DNA of 64,000 bases from Octopus sinensis. Taxonomy: Eukaryota. The stretch is from positions 135,470,001 through 135,534,000 of the forward strand of contig NC_043001.1 in assembly GCF_006345805.1 (NCBI RefSeq). The letters are read 5' to 3'. Positions 11,991-25,087 of the stretch are shown here, in pieces. Within the stretch, counting starts at the first letter, position 1; each line of letters opens with the position of its first letter. The notes below the pieces were generated by a model, which did not search any database, had not been told where the DNA came from, and saw nothing but the letters and a program-made list of their open reading frames with translations. Both the position numbers and the translations under genes were made by a program.

Positions 11991-14859
11991 GTGAAGTTGA
12001 TACCCCCGTCAACGATGCTATCTCTGATACCCCTTATTCTGCTTGTTCCCCAACTCCCGCCCATCAGACTTCACAGCTCAGCATCGTCTACACCAACTCG
12101 TGCTCCTTATTCCCAAAGTTCAGTGAACTATTTACACTGGCCATACGTGACTCCCCTGATGTGATAGCTATCACCGAGACTTGGCTGACTCCAGCAGTAA
12201 AGGACTCAGAAATCCACCTGCAGGGCTACATCCTTTTCAGATGTGACAGAGGAAAAAGGCGAGGTGGGGGTGTTGCTGTGTATGTTAAGTCTGAGCACAA
12301 ACCGCCCAGCGGTATTCTACCCACTAATGCTCAACCTACAACAAAATTCGATGCCGTCTATTGCAAGCTGAGCCTATCTGAGTTTTGCCTGCCCGTGTTG
12401 GCTGTCTACAGGCCGCCTCTTGCCGACCCCCATGACGATGCTCATTTACTCCAGGCGATAAGATTCGTTTCAGCTTTGCATGACTGTTTGGTACTAGGAG
12501 ACTTCAACGCTCCCACGATCGATTGGCCCGCATCAATTTGTACAACATCTTCCCGGTTCGGCCAGGCCCTTCTTGACGTGGCTGAAGATTGTTTTCTATC
12601 GCAACATGTTGAATATCCGACAAGGCATCGGTCTGGGCAGCAGCCATCTATGCTAGATCTGGTATTCTCCCGATATCCAAGATCAGTGTCAGACGTATCT
12701 GTGTGCGCCCCTCTTGCCAAGAGTGATCATGCGGTCCTGAAGTTCGTCATGCACACAACTTTTTCTACGCCCACGACTACTTCGCTGCCACGTAGAGTCT
12801 TCTCTGCAATTAATCTTGAAATTCTAACCGAGGCTGCTGCGCTTCTGGACTGGCGATCCCTGATGACGTTGTCCTCAGTTGACGAACTATGGTCATCCCT
12901 CAAAGCATATGTAATCTGTTTGACTGACCAGGCAGTTCCCGTTGGGCTTCCCAAGAGGAAGAAACACAAGCCCTGGGTGACGAAGAAGGTTAAACGAGAA
13001 CGTCGACTCAGAGATATTGCTTGGGCTGAATTCAAAAATCTGGATTCGACTGCAGCTTTTGAGGTGTACAAAACTCAACGAGACCGAGCCGTGAAAATTG
13101 AAAAGAAAGAACGCTTCAGTTATGAATACAAAATCGCGGCAAATGCCAGTAGCAATCCAAAAACCTTCTTTGCCCATGTTCAGCGGAATTCCCGCTTGAA
13201 CAACCAGATTGCAACGTTGGTAGACTCAACAGGCGTATCGATTGAGGACCCTTATCAACAGAGTCAGTTATTTGCTGAGGCTTTTTCAACTATTTTCAAA
13301 CAAGATGATGGTCGTGAACCCCCTCCATTTGTTAGATCGGTACCTCCAATGCTTCGATTGGTCATCACGCGGGACGAAGTCAAACGTGTTATTCAAGGCC
13401 TCGATGTCAACAAGGGTCACGGCCCTGACGGCATACACCCACGGGTTATCAAAGCGTTGGCTCCGGTCATCTGCGAGCCCTTAACACGACTTTTCAATAT
13501 GTCATTGGCGACGGGTGTTATACCTGCAGACTGGAGAACAGCGATAATCTGCCCAATTTTCAAGAAAGGGAGCCGCGAAGACCCGCTTAACTACCGACCG
13601 GTTTCCTTACATCAATAATCAGCAAGATGTTCGAAACCATCCTTAAGAAAAGTATGATGCTCCACCTCCTAAACACAGCCTCTATCTCTGATCCCAACAC
13701 GGCTTCGTGCCGAAGAGATCATGCTTGACCAACTTACTAGTAATGGAAGAATTGACGCGCATCCTCGATGATAGTGATGCTGTTGACATCGTTTTATTGG
13801 ACTTTGCCAAAGCTTTTGACTCGGTAAACCACCGCCTATTACTTGTCAAGCTTCAAGCATATAGTTTCCATCCGGATATTGTACGATGGGTTGGTGCCTC
13901 TCCTCTCAGATCGCTCCTTCCAAGTCCAAGTTAATGGTTCGCGGTCCGACGTCTCCAGTGCGAGCAGTGGCGTGCCTCAAGGTTCAGTGCTTGGGCCCTT
14001 GTTGTCTTTAGTCTTCATAAATGACTTGCCCAACGACCTCACGCAACACACCCTTCTATTTGCCGACGATATCAAACTGGTCGCTCCTCGCGGTAATATA
14101 GAGGATCTTCGTCGATGCCTCCACCAAATTTGGAAGTGGTCTAACGATTGGGACCTGTGTCTGAACGTGTCAAAGTGCTGTCATCTGCCTGTCGGCTCTA
14201 CTCCTGCAACTCAACTTGATTTCGAGCCGGGTCGTCTGCTGCTGGAGAGGACCGATCAGGTAAAGGACCTGGGTATCTTGGTGGATTCCTCCTTTTCGCC
14301 TTCAGCCCAGTGCGTCCATGCTGCCAACAAAGCACGCGGAATTCTGTTCTTGATTCGACGATCATTCGGAATGCTCACAGCAGCCATATTCCTACCACTC
14401 TATGTCACATTGGTGAGACCCATATTGGAGTATGGGATTCAAGCCTCTTCTCCTTATCTCCTCAAAGACATACAGCATCTCGAAAGAGTCCAGAAGCTGG
14501 CTACCCGCATGGTTCATGGTCTCAAAAATTTGTCCTACGAAGAAAGGCTGAGGACACTTGACCTTTATTCTCTTGAAAAACACCGCCGCCGTGGTGATCT
14601 CATTCTCGCCCACAACATCATAAGCGGAAAGTGTAACCTCTCGAAAGAGCTGTTCTTCACTCCTGATCCAGAGCGTCGGCTGCGGGGTCATTCTGAAAAG
14701 CTCTACCTGCGACGATTTCATCTCAATCGAAGGAGAGGAGCTTTCTCCGTCCGGGTTGCGGATCCGTGGAACAAGCTGCCAGACGAGATGGTGAAGATGC
14801 CGACGACCGCTTTGTTCAAAGCCTCCCTGGACCTCAAGTGGCCTGAACTCTTTACATGA
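11991..14859 (+). pseudogene. LINE ORF2 (AP endonuclease plus reverse transcriptase) with three single-base frameshifts
   Basis: EN motifs ITETWL, GGGVAVYV, VYRPP, GDFNAP, SDH. RT motifs NYRPVSL, QHGF, LDFAKAFD, GVPQGSVLGP, FADD (14059-14070). Frame switches near 13606, 13693 and 13899; no other internal stop seen. Confidence 0.9.
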
Positions 14860-15103
14860 ACACCACCCTGTACTTAACTCCATGTCCCCCTACATGGCCT
14901 TGCTATTTGCTTTTGAGCCAAATTAACTAACTAACTAACTAACTAACTAACATATAATAGAAATATTAAATATAAAATATCAATAATATACCGATGATTA
15001 AGTAATGTGCAAAATAATAAATAAAACATATATTTGGTAGAATAACGACACGTGTTTCATGGCTATATTTAAGAAAAGATTATAGTAAATGTTTTGTATT
15101 TAC

Positions 15104-15243
15104 CTGTGCTGCCATGCAAGCACCGATGATCCCTGCTCTTGAGGCATTACAACCACCGGCTTCCATTGTGGTCTTCACGCCACTCACAAAGTCATGGCTA
15201 CACAGCAACCCATGTATGGCGGCTTGGAAAGCATAAGGCAAAT
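15104..15243 (-). CDS. Penultimate coding exon of the same SelJ / J1-crystallin-like gene
   Basis: Acceptor ctctcatttcag and donor CAG|gtaaat; 140 nt, phase 1 to phase 0. Translation LPYAFQAAIHGLLCSHDFVSGVKTTMEAGGCNASRAGIIGACMAAQ resembles the LPGAFQAALHG...GGCxCSRxSFIGACLGAQ segment of SelJ as recalled from memory (not searched). Confidence 0.8.
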
Positions 15244-15246
15244 CTG

Positions 15247-15281
<35 letters not shown>

Positions 15282-15480
15282 GTTAATTATGCAACATTGA
15301 ACTGTAGTAGGAACAGAGGTAATGATGGTAAAAGGATGAGGGGCCCCCTTCGGTCATGAATGATCATGGGACTGCACCGAGAAAGTTAACCTCAAAGCAT
15401 ATTTGTAATGGTAACAAGTTTGTATTTATATACATTACTGCCTACCACTGTCACCCTGTGTGTGTGTGTGTGTGTGTGTA

Positions 15481-15870
15481 TTCTTTTACTTGTTTAAGTC
15501 ATCTGACTGTGGCCATGCTGGAGCACTGCATTTAGCCTAAGAAATCAAACCCAGGACTTATTATTCTTTGTAAGCCAAGTACTTATTCTATTGGTCTTTT
15601 TTGCCAAACTGCTAAGTTTCAGGGATGTAAACACACCGACGTCAGTTGTCAAGCGATGGCAGAGGCACAAACACAGACACACACATAAATATATACATAT
15701 ATACATACAGCAGGCTTCTTTCAATTTCCATCTACCAAATCCACTCACAAGGCTTTTGGTTGGCCCAAGGTTATAGTAGAAGACACTTGTCCAAGGTTCC
15801 ATGCAGTGGGACTGAACCCAGAACCATGTGGTTGGGAAGCAAGCTTCTTACTACACAGCCATGTCTATGC
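15481..15870 (-). mobile_element. SINE family A copy
   Basis: Reverse complement of the 9522-9999 type sequence; boundaries approximate. Confidence 0.75.
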
Positions 15871-15873
15871 CAT

Positions 15874-15907
<34 letters not shown>

Positions 15908-16210
15908 AGTTGAATTAGGTACTTAAATTGAGGCACCTTGCTAGGTCAGTATAATCCTCACACCCAAACAATATTAATTAAATATTGAATATCCAGACTC
16001 CATGCAGGGGTGTTTATACCTGATATTCCTGCCATGTGTGCAGATAACACAACCCAGCTAAATGAAGATATCTGCTCTTGGTAATTCAGACATGCACTTT
16101 TATAAAGGTACTTTCTATAGTATTTCCAAAGTGCAGATTCCAAACAAGTAACAATTTATTATGGCTTTAATGAATTGACACCTGTATATCTTTGTTACTT
16201 ATTTATATTC

Positions 16211-16242
<32 letters not shown>

Positions 16243-17224
16243 AAGACTCTCTTCTGTCATGAATAATCATGGGATTGTACCTGGAAAGTTCCCCCCTGAG
16301 GCACAAGTCCAGGCGAGGTTGTTTTATGGAAGACCAGCAGTCGCCCATGCATACCAGCCTCTTCACACCACTGATGTTATCCAAGGGAAAAGCAAAGGCC
16401 GGTACAACTTGGCACCAGTGATCTCGCAACTCACTACAGCAAAGTGAAATAAAGTGTCTTGCTCAAGAACACAATATAAGCCTGGTTGGGGAATCGGTTT
16501 GACTACTTCATGATTGTGAGCTCGATGCTCTAACCACTGAGCCATGTACCTTCACTAATGATGGTAGCATGAAAGATTGTAGTAGTAATGGTGGTGGTGG
16601 CGATAGTAGTAGTAGTAGTAGTAGTAGTAGAAGCATTAGGGTGTTGCAGTGGTGCTCTGGAATTTGTCTAGGTTTGGAGGAAATTTTTATATATTGTTGT
16701 AGGGACTGTGGAGGGTTGAAGTTTTCCACAGCAACAAACTGTGTTCCTTGCATGTTTAGGTGGTCTTTCACTTTTAAAATTTCAGTTTTATCGTGTAAGT
16801 GCTATTTGGTTGTGATCTATGTACAATCTACAATGATGTGTAGGCAGCACTGGAGTAACCATTAAGCAAAATAAGCATGTGCTTAGGGCATCAAGGGAAG
16901 TGTGACAGGGGCACTACAGAAATGGTAAATGGTTTATGGCACAAAAGGAATCATTTTAAACTTGCTAATGTAATATTGGGGATGCCTTATCTCTACTAAA
17001 TATAAAAGCATATGTGTAACATAAGATTAATTTTGAGAATCTGATCAAAGATTTTGCAATTAAAAACAACATGAGAAAACTTTTCAAACAGAAATAAAAT
17101 GGAAGTATACTAAAATAAACATTTTCCCTCTTACGCTTAATTTTGTTTCATTTTGAAAAATATAAATTAATTTTATGGTTCATTATTGTTCATATCTTGA
17201 ATTACATATATATGGGGGCACCAA

Positions 17225-17990
17225 ATCTTTTAAGTGCTTAGAGCTTCTATGGGTCTTAATCCAGCTGTGAGTGTGTCAGGCACTGTTTCATATACTTTGT
17301 AACTTTTTGTTGCTTGTTGTCGAGGAGTTAGGGTGCAGCAAGAACCAACATAATCCACAATGGAACTAATGTACTCTTTGTACACTTTGACGAGTTGTGG
17401 GTGTGTTACTAAATGTAATTGTTGTAATTGCTCCAATTATGTTTAGATGCCATTTGGGTAGGTGCTGTGGAGTTGTATGTAACATCAAGTATTTTTGGTG
17501 TTACATACAGCTGTGCATTTGTAACACACAGAACTATGTTCTTGTAACACATATATGTAATGGTAAGTATTGAATAATACTGCGGCAAGCTGGCAGAAAC
17601 GTTAGCACGCCGGGGCAAAATGCTTAGCGGTATTTCGTCTGCCGTTACGTTGTGAGTTCAAATTCCGCCGAGGTCGACTTTGCTTTTTATCCTTTCGGGG
17701 TCGATAAATTAAGTACCAGTTACCCACTGGGGTCAATGTAATCGACTTAATACCTATGTCTGTCCTTGTTTAGCCCCTTGTGGGTAATAAAGAAATAGGT
17801 AAGTATTGAATAAGGTTTCTATGTGATTTAAATAGGTTTGGAGTTGCTAAGCAGCACTATCTGGTGAATGTAACTGTGATGTCATCTGCGTATGATGCTG
17901 TGTGTTTGTTTAGATGAGGTGGGGGAAAGAGATGTAAGTATAAGTTGAAAAGAGTGGGTAAGTGGACTAGATTCTTGTCATACTACATTC
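17225..17990 (-). mobile_element. Decayed LINE reverse transcriptase fragment interrupted by a SINE
   Basis: Minus-strand translation LPTLFNLYLHLFPPP...ASYADDITVT (YADD at 17881-17892). Downstream VYKEYISSIVDY-like segment at 17230-17436. Confidence 0.7.
17578..17797 (+). mobile_element. tRNA-derived SINE (family B) with 16-bp TSD
   Basis: Head GCGGCAAGCTGGCAGAA...GAGTTCAAATTCC, body GTCGACTTTGC...CCTTTCGGGGTCGATAAATTAAGTACC. TSD GGTAAGTATTGAATAA at 17562-17577 and 17798-17813. Confidence 0.9.
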
Positions 17991-18338
17991 AAGAATTTGA
18001 AAGAAATACAAGTAATGTATATATACACAACATAGGATTGATGGCCTGATAATATTTTGGTCACAAGCTAGTATTTTGTGTTGGTTTTAAACCCTCTCAG
18101 ATTTTGGGTCTTTGGATCTAACTTTACCTTCCACTTGGGCTCCTCAGCACAAAAACAAAAAAAGGTGCATATAAAGCTCAAGAGTAATGCTTGCAGAGAA
18201 ACTGACAGACAGAATCACAGAAAAATTCAGGAGAATAACAATAATAAGCCTATCTCTCAACTACCATATTTGTTAGGTTAACTAACGGACAGAATCACAA
18301 ACAAACTCATGAGATTAACAATAATAGGCCAATCTCAA

Positions 18339-18582
18339 GGCAGAAACATTAGCACACCTGGCAGAATCGTTAGCACGCTGGGCGAAATGCTTAGCAGTAT
18401 TTGGTCTGCCATTATGTTCTGAGTTCAAATTCCGCCGAGGTTGACTTTGCCTTTCATCCTTTCGGGGTCGATAAATTAAGTACCAGTTACGCACTGGGGG
18501 TCGATGTAATTGACTTAATACCTATGTCTGTCCTTGTTTGTCCCCTCTGTGTTTAGCCCCTTGTGGGTAATAAAGAAATAGG
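18339..18582 (+). mobile_element. SINE family B copy with duplicated head
   Basis: GGCAGAAACATTAGCAC followed by GGCAGAATCGTTAGCAC, then the family B body. Confidence 0.8.
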
Positions 18583-18797
18583 TATTTCTTCTTTACATTC
18601 TAGGTTGAAATTCTGCTGAGATCGACTTTGTCTTTCATCCTTTTCGCATCGATAAATTACGTACCAGTTGTGTACTGGGGCTGATCTAATTGACTGGCCT
18701 CCTCCCCAAAAATTTTGGGCCTTGTACCTAGAGTAGAAAATAACAGGCCTATCTTTCAACTACCATATTTGTTAGGTGAACCAATGGACAGAATAAC

Positions 18798-18828
<31 letters not shown>

Positions 18829-19191
18829 GGAGAATAGCAATAATAGGCCTACCTATTAACTACCATATTTGTTAGACAAACCAATGGACAGAACCACAAA
18901 GAGAAATTCAGGAGAATAACAAAAATAAGTTACATTTATCAATTCATTTTGCAAGATCCCTGTTTTGTGAAATCATGTGTTGAAACAGATATTGTATTTT
19001 AGGATGGTCATTTTATTTATTTATTTAATTTTTTTTGTTTGCCAAATAAACACACACACAATATATATTTGTTTTCTTCACTCGGTTATTACCGTTCCTA
19101 TTTTATTATTTTAATTCAGGTCCATTATCTGGAAATCTTTTGTCACACTCTTCAGCAATAAATGAATGAAGAAATAAAAAAAATATATAGT

Positions 19192-19588
19192 GCGCAGGAG
19201 TGGCTGTGTGGTAAGTAGCTTGTCTACCAACCGCACGGTTCCGGGTTCAGTCCCACTGCGTGGCACCTTGGGTAAGTGTCTTCTACTATAGCCTCGGGCC
19301 GACCAAAGCCTTGTGAGTGGATTTGGTAGACGGAAACTAAAAGAAGCCCGTCGTATCTATGTATATATGTATATGTATGCGTGTGTGTGTGTTTGTCCCC
19401 TAGCATTGCTTGACAACCAATGCTGGTGTGTTTATATCCCCGTCACTTAGCGTTTCGGCAAAAGAGACCGATGGAATAAGTACTGGGCTTACTAAAGAAT
19501 AAGTCCCGGGGTCGAGTTGCTCGATTAAAGGCGGTGCTCTAGCATGGCCGCAGTCAAATGACTGAAACAAGTAAAAGAGTAAAAGAGT
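19192..19588 (+). mobile_element. SINE family A copy
   Basis: Close match to 9522-9999 with a shorter internal microsatellite. Confidence 0.85.
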
Positions 19589-20074
19589 GCATGTGTTTAT
19601 TTGGCAAAAAAAAAAAAAAAAGAAAAATTTAAAATAAAAATTAAATGACCGTCTTGAAATACAACTACAATAACAAGCCTATCACTCAATTACCATATTC
19701 ATTCACCCGAATCGCTACTTTCCTCATCATTTTCACCATGCCTGAATCACTCACATTGCTGGCTAAGTGGAAAACACTTTGCCGGAAGAATAAATATCAT
19801 CAATAATTTCCTCAACTGCAAAGAGTCAAGGACTTGCTTGTTTACAAGATGAAGTGCTGGGTTCATCACATGCTTGTTTCATTGAAAAATCTTTTTTTAT
19901 TTTATTAAATACAAAAGTAAACAACAGCTGTGGGGTGGGGTGGGGGTGCACCATTAAGAATGAGTCATTCTTTTTCTACATGTGTTGCTCATTACTGCTT
20001 CAAATCTGGTAGATATATACACACATTATAATTATATATGCGTATACATATATATATATGTGTGCATCTATATG

Positions 20075-20112
<38 letters not shown>

Positions 20113-20127
20113 TGCATCTCTATGTAA

Positions 20128-20160
<33 letters not shown>

Positions 20161-20362
20161 TGTGTGTGTGTGTGCAAAATGCACTCAGTACACTCTGGGG
20201 AACAGTTGGTGTTAGGTGGTTGATGTTAGGAAGAACATTCAGCCATAGAAACCAAGCTGGTGCAGCTCCTGGCCTTGCTAGTTTCTGTCAAATTGTCCAA
20301 CCCATGCCAGCATGGAAAAACAGATGTTAAATGTTGATGATGATAATTAAGATGATGTGTGA

Positions 20363-20424
<62 letters not shown>

Positions 20425-20819
20425 ATGTGTGTGTATATGTATATACATATATATATATATACATATATATATAAGTGAGTGTGTGTATATAGATAGATAT
20501 ATATATATAAATATATATATGTATCTTCATATATATAAGTGAGTGTGTGTATATAGATATATATATATATAAATATATATATGTATCTTCATATATAAAT
20601 ATATATATATATATTGTTGTGACCCCCTTCGGTCATGAATGACCATGGGATTGCACCTAGAAAGTTACCCTCTGAGGCACAAGTCTGGCCAAGGTTGTTT
20701 ATGGAAGACCAGCAGTCACCTAAACATACCAGCCTCCCCTCTCCACTCCACCGAAGTTATCCAAGGGAAAGGCAAAGTCTGATACAGCTCGGCACCAGTG
20801 ACGTTGCAGCTCATTTATT

Positions 20820-21127
20820 AACGTGCAAGTGGCTGAGTACTCCACAGACACGTGTACTCTTAATGTAGTTCTCGGGGATATTCAGCGTGACACAGAGAGT
20901 GACAAGGCTGGCCTTTTGAAATACAGGTACAACAGAAACAGGAAGTAAGAGTGAGAGAAAGTTGTGGTGAAAGAGTACAGCAGGGTTCACCACCACCCCC
21001 TGCCAGAGCCTCATGGAGCTTTAGGTGTTTTTGCTCAATAAACACTAATAATGCCTGGTCTGGGAATCAAAACCACGATCCTATGACTGCAAGTCCTCTG
21101 CCCTAACCACTGGGCCAATGCACCTCC
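20820..21127 (-). mobile_element. SINE family C copy
   Basis: Matches the tRNA-like head and body of 6045-6346; left boundary approximate. Confidence 0.7.
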
Positions 21128-21139
21128 ACTAACTATATA

Positions 21140-21539
21140 TCTTTATATATAAAAGTCAAGTTGTGTGTCTGTCTCCTATGATTTAGATTCCTAACTACTC
21201 CCACATTTTGCAGTGCAGTTTAACTAAAACCGGGTATCTTATAGTCGTGATTCATATCGAGCCCTTCTGGGTATTAGCGCGCATCTATGATGAGTCTACG
21301 ATTTAAAAAAAAATTTACCATCATTTTTTTCCATTTTAATGCATTTTTTTTGCTATTAAAAAAAGGGAAGTAACTCTCTAAAAATGTCTACGATGAGTCA
21401 ACGATTTAAAAAAAAATTTACCATAATTTTTTTTCCATTTTTAATGCATTTTTTTGCTATTTTTTGGCTATAACTCTCTAAAAATGCTTATATAGTTATT
21501 TCCCTTACAAACCTGAGCAACGCCGGGCAATACTGCTAG
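21140..21539 (+). mobile_element. Non-autonomous Helitron
   Basis: Starts with TC (TCTTTATATATAAAAG) after an A and ends with a GC-rich hairpin CCTGAGCAACGCCGGG plus CTAG before a T. No TSD. Contains an internal ~75-bp direct duplication. Confidence 0.85.
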
Positions 21540-22159
21540 TATATATATATAAGACTAGAAGTTTTCACAAAGCAACTCTTGAGAGATAATTTTTCTCAAG
21601 TTAATGTCCTGTGTTTGAAGTCATCTTTGGATATTACCATAATTGAATTAACAAGGAATTATAGATGAACAGATATGTTGGAACTCATCAATGTCAGAAC
21701 ACGAAGAACCAACAATTTAGTTGGCAAGGCCAGGAGAGTGTTTGTATATGTGTGCGTGTGTGTATGTGTATATGCCTCTGATGGAGTGAAATGTTCACTT
21801 AAGAATGCATAAAAATAAAAAGTCTAAAAAAATCAAAAAAAAAAATCAATAAAATTTCATCATTGAACTTGTGTTCCTCTTCCTAAGACTCTGCAATTTT
21901 TATTTTATTAATCCAATTATGTTGAAATTAATCCTATTAGCAAAGTTTTCTTTAGCTTTAGAAACTGTGTGTAAATATTGCATAATAATGCTGCCACAAG
22001 ATTACAGTTCATAAGTTGGATTGTCTGTATGTGTATATAAGTGTATGTCAGTGGATGTGTGTGCGAGTGTCTTGTATGAGTATGTGTGAGTATATGTTTG
22101 TGAATTGTGTGTGTTTCTATTGGTGTAACTATGTGTTTACTTGTGGATGTTTGGATATG

Positions 22160-22556
22160 TTTTCGTGTAAATTACTCTTTTACTTGTTTCAGTCATTTGA
22201 CTGTGGCCATGCTGGAGCACCGCCTTTAGTTGAGCAAATCGACTCCAGGACTTATTCTTTGTAAGCCTAGTACTTATTCTATTGGTCCCTTTTGCTGAAC
22301 TGCTAAGTTACAGGGATCTAAACACACCATCATTGGTTGTCAAGTGATGTTGGTGGGGACAAACACGGACTCACAAACACACACACACACTTATATGACA
22401 GGCTTCTTTCAGTTTCCGTCTACCAAATCCACTCACAAAGCTTTGGTCGGCCTGAGGCTATAGTAGAAGACACTTGCCCAAAGTGCCACGCAGTGGGACT
22501 GAACCTGGAACCATGTGGTTCGTAAGCACATGGTTCTGGGTTACACAGCCACTCCT
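22160..22556 (-). mobile_element. SINE family A copy
   Basis: Reverse complement of family A; boundaries approximate. Confidence 0.75.
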
Positions 22557-23132
22557 ATGCCATATATGTGCATTTAGGGATATGAATTATATGCATGTGT
22601 GTGCATGTAGGTGTGTGTGTATGCGAGTCTGTGTGGTACATGTGTATGAATGAGGCACCTGTTTATAAATTGTGTGTTTATATGTGTATGAGAGAATGTA
22701 TGTATACCTATGTATCTTATGATGTGTGTATGTGTGTGTGGATAGGTATGTATTTATATCTTATCTTTTGCTTGTTTAGTAATTTGACTGTGGCCATGCT
22801 GGGGCACCCTCTTGAGTTTTAATTGAACAAGTCAACCCCAGTCCTTTTTTTTTAAACATGGTACTTATCTGATTAGTTTTTTTTTGCTGAACTGCTAAGT
22901 TACAGGGACATAAACAAACCAATAATGGTTGTCAAGTGGTGGTGAGTGACAAACACACACACACACACACACACACGCACAAATGCGATGAGCTTTTTTT
23001 CAGTTTCCATCTTTGAAATTCACTTACAAGGCTTTGATTGACCCAGACACTTTCCCGAGGTGCCATGCAGTGGGACTGAACCTGAAACCATACGATTGGG
23101 AAAAAAGCTTCTCACCACACAGCCATACCTGC

Positions 23133-23165
<33 letters not shown>

Positions 23166-24868
23166 ACACACACACACTCACTCACACATATACATATATC
23201 AATGTTCCAATCCACATAAGTGTGTCTCAATCCCCATAAGTAGTTACATGAAGGGCAATAAAGTATTCATATTTATTAAGATTGTCCATGGAGGTTGTGA
23301 TAACTTGTGTAGGTCTTTTAGAGCAGCTTCTTTCTTTTGTGTGAGTGTATGTGTATACACAAACGTGTGTGTGTGTCTATATATATATTATATTACAAAG
23401 TGAAAAAAGAGTATTCACAACTGTGCAGCCCAGGGGGTAGAATATAAATATTTATCAAGTAATTTACAGTCTGCCTCTTATCGCTGATACCTTGGGTTTC
23501 CTGTTAGAGCCACTGTAAATGTCATCAGGGCAAAGTGCTGTGTTCAGCTTCTAGTGATTAGACAGCTATTAATAATGCAACTCCCTAGTATTCTCGACAT
23601 GAATGTTGTGTCTTGCATGCAATGTTTTGTGTTTTGGGTGGTGCAGTGTAGCACCTTGATGTTTCTTAGCTCTTTTTAGGCTTATGCATATTAATGCTGT
23701 GACCATGTGCTGTTGATGGCCATCAGTAGTCATCATTCAAGATGCACGGTATAACTCTTTAGTCACTTATAGTTGTTGTTAAATAACTACCTCACATCAT
23801 TAGTATCTTGCACCATTAATATTCAAAAGCAGTTGTGCAGTTTCCTGATACCTTATATCAGTGTAATTGCTCACTAGTGTACTGCTTAGAAGTTCTAATT
23901 GTTTGGCATAGTTTTGGATTATATATGGAGTTGGCCCTCTAATGGTTCCTTTCTTGTAATACCATGGCATCTTGTGCATGCTGCTCAAGTCCCCTTCCTC
24001 TCTGTCATTGCTTGATTTAGATGAATATTTCTCAACTATTTTTTTACCTATGGATCCCTTTGATTCGTATTTTATAGAATGGACCCTCCTAGCCAATTTG
24101 ATGTTTAAAAAAAAAAATCGTATCTTTATAATTAAATATTATTAGGAATTATATAAAAAAAAATTGTCAAAAACAGAAAGAAGCTTGTCATGTGTGTTTG
24201 TGTTTCCAATCATATTTGCTGCTTTTGTGGCTTCCGGATGGTGTCATTGTTTGCAGTCCACCACAAAAGCATGTCTGGGCTGTTTGTTGTTTGATAGAGA
24301 GGGAGATTATGACCTCACTTGGAAATAGTGGGGTGGAGACAGTAAAAGCACACTCTCATTTGACCCATGTAAGCAAGGAAAAGTAGACATTAAAATGATG
24401 ACGGTGAAATGATGGAAAAGTAATGATGTGCCTGGTTGCAGATGGGATTTGGATTATGAAGATCCATGTCTGAACTAAAGGAAGCAAATGTCCTGGTATA
24501 TGAACGCAGGATACTCCCCGCATATGAAAGAGGTGTAGTGAATAAGGACATTACTAAACACAGTTTAAAAGTATCTGTACCTAGTTCAACTCTAGTCAGC
24601 AAGAGTGTAATCTGGAATTCCAACCACATTTCGTGGTTCCCTACCTCAACAGCTCCTTTATGGGATCCAGTGGCTAAAGACATCATCAGGAGGAACCACA
24701 TCCGGTTTCAGCCCCTACTCCTCTACCGTTTTTCAGTGTCATCAGCTCTGGTGTTGAGTGTGTTTTTTCTCTCTCCCTTTATCTTTGGCCTTTTCTTCTT
24801 TGGTTTCTTTGATGCAGCATCAATGAATGTCAGTGGGCGAATGACCATCCTGCTAAATTTCCCTTTAA

Positions 24869-25087
24869 CCCTTTAGTGTTTAAACCGGCCATATCTGGCC
24901 CAAATATTCTATATGTTTTATATTCAAACTGGCAATATCTAGCCTTTCACACCTAACCAACAATGCCATTCTAAAAATAAACAATCACATCATTGAAACC
25001 TCAAAGCTATAAGATAATGCATGATTAATTCAAAACAATTTGAGTGAAAAAGTATTACATTTACAGAGTAATCTGAACACTAAAGGG
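24869..25087. mobile_element. TTAA-flanked (piggyBac-like) MITE
   Basis: TTAA-CCCTTTAG...CTAAAGGG-TTAA. Related copies at 33001-33221 and 40680-40897. Confidence 0.85.

Larger units (their letters stand above)
11235..14951 (+). mobile_element. Near-complete CR1-type LINE (ORF1 plus APE-RT ORF2) antisense in the intron of the SelJ-like gene
   Basis: ORF1, endonuclease and RT in order, a short 3' UTR and an (AACT)n tail at 14925-14951. Visibly more GC-rich than the flanks. The 5' boundary is approximate. Confidence 0.92.

Noticed and set aside
12442-14883. Antisense and alternative-frame ORFs overlapping the LINE (e.g. 14392-14883, 12727-13071)
   Set aside because: Shadows of the GC-richer ORF2; no independent evidence.
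23800-24096. 98-aa minus-strand ORF
   Set aside because: No motif I can recognise; possibly a decayed retroelement but unsupported.
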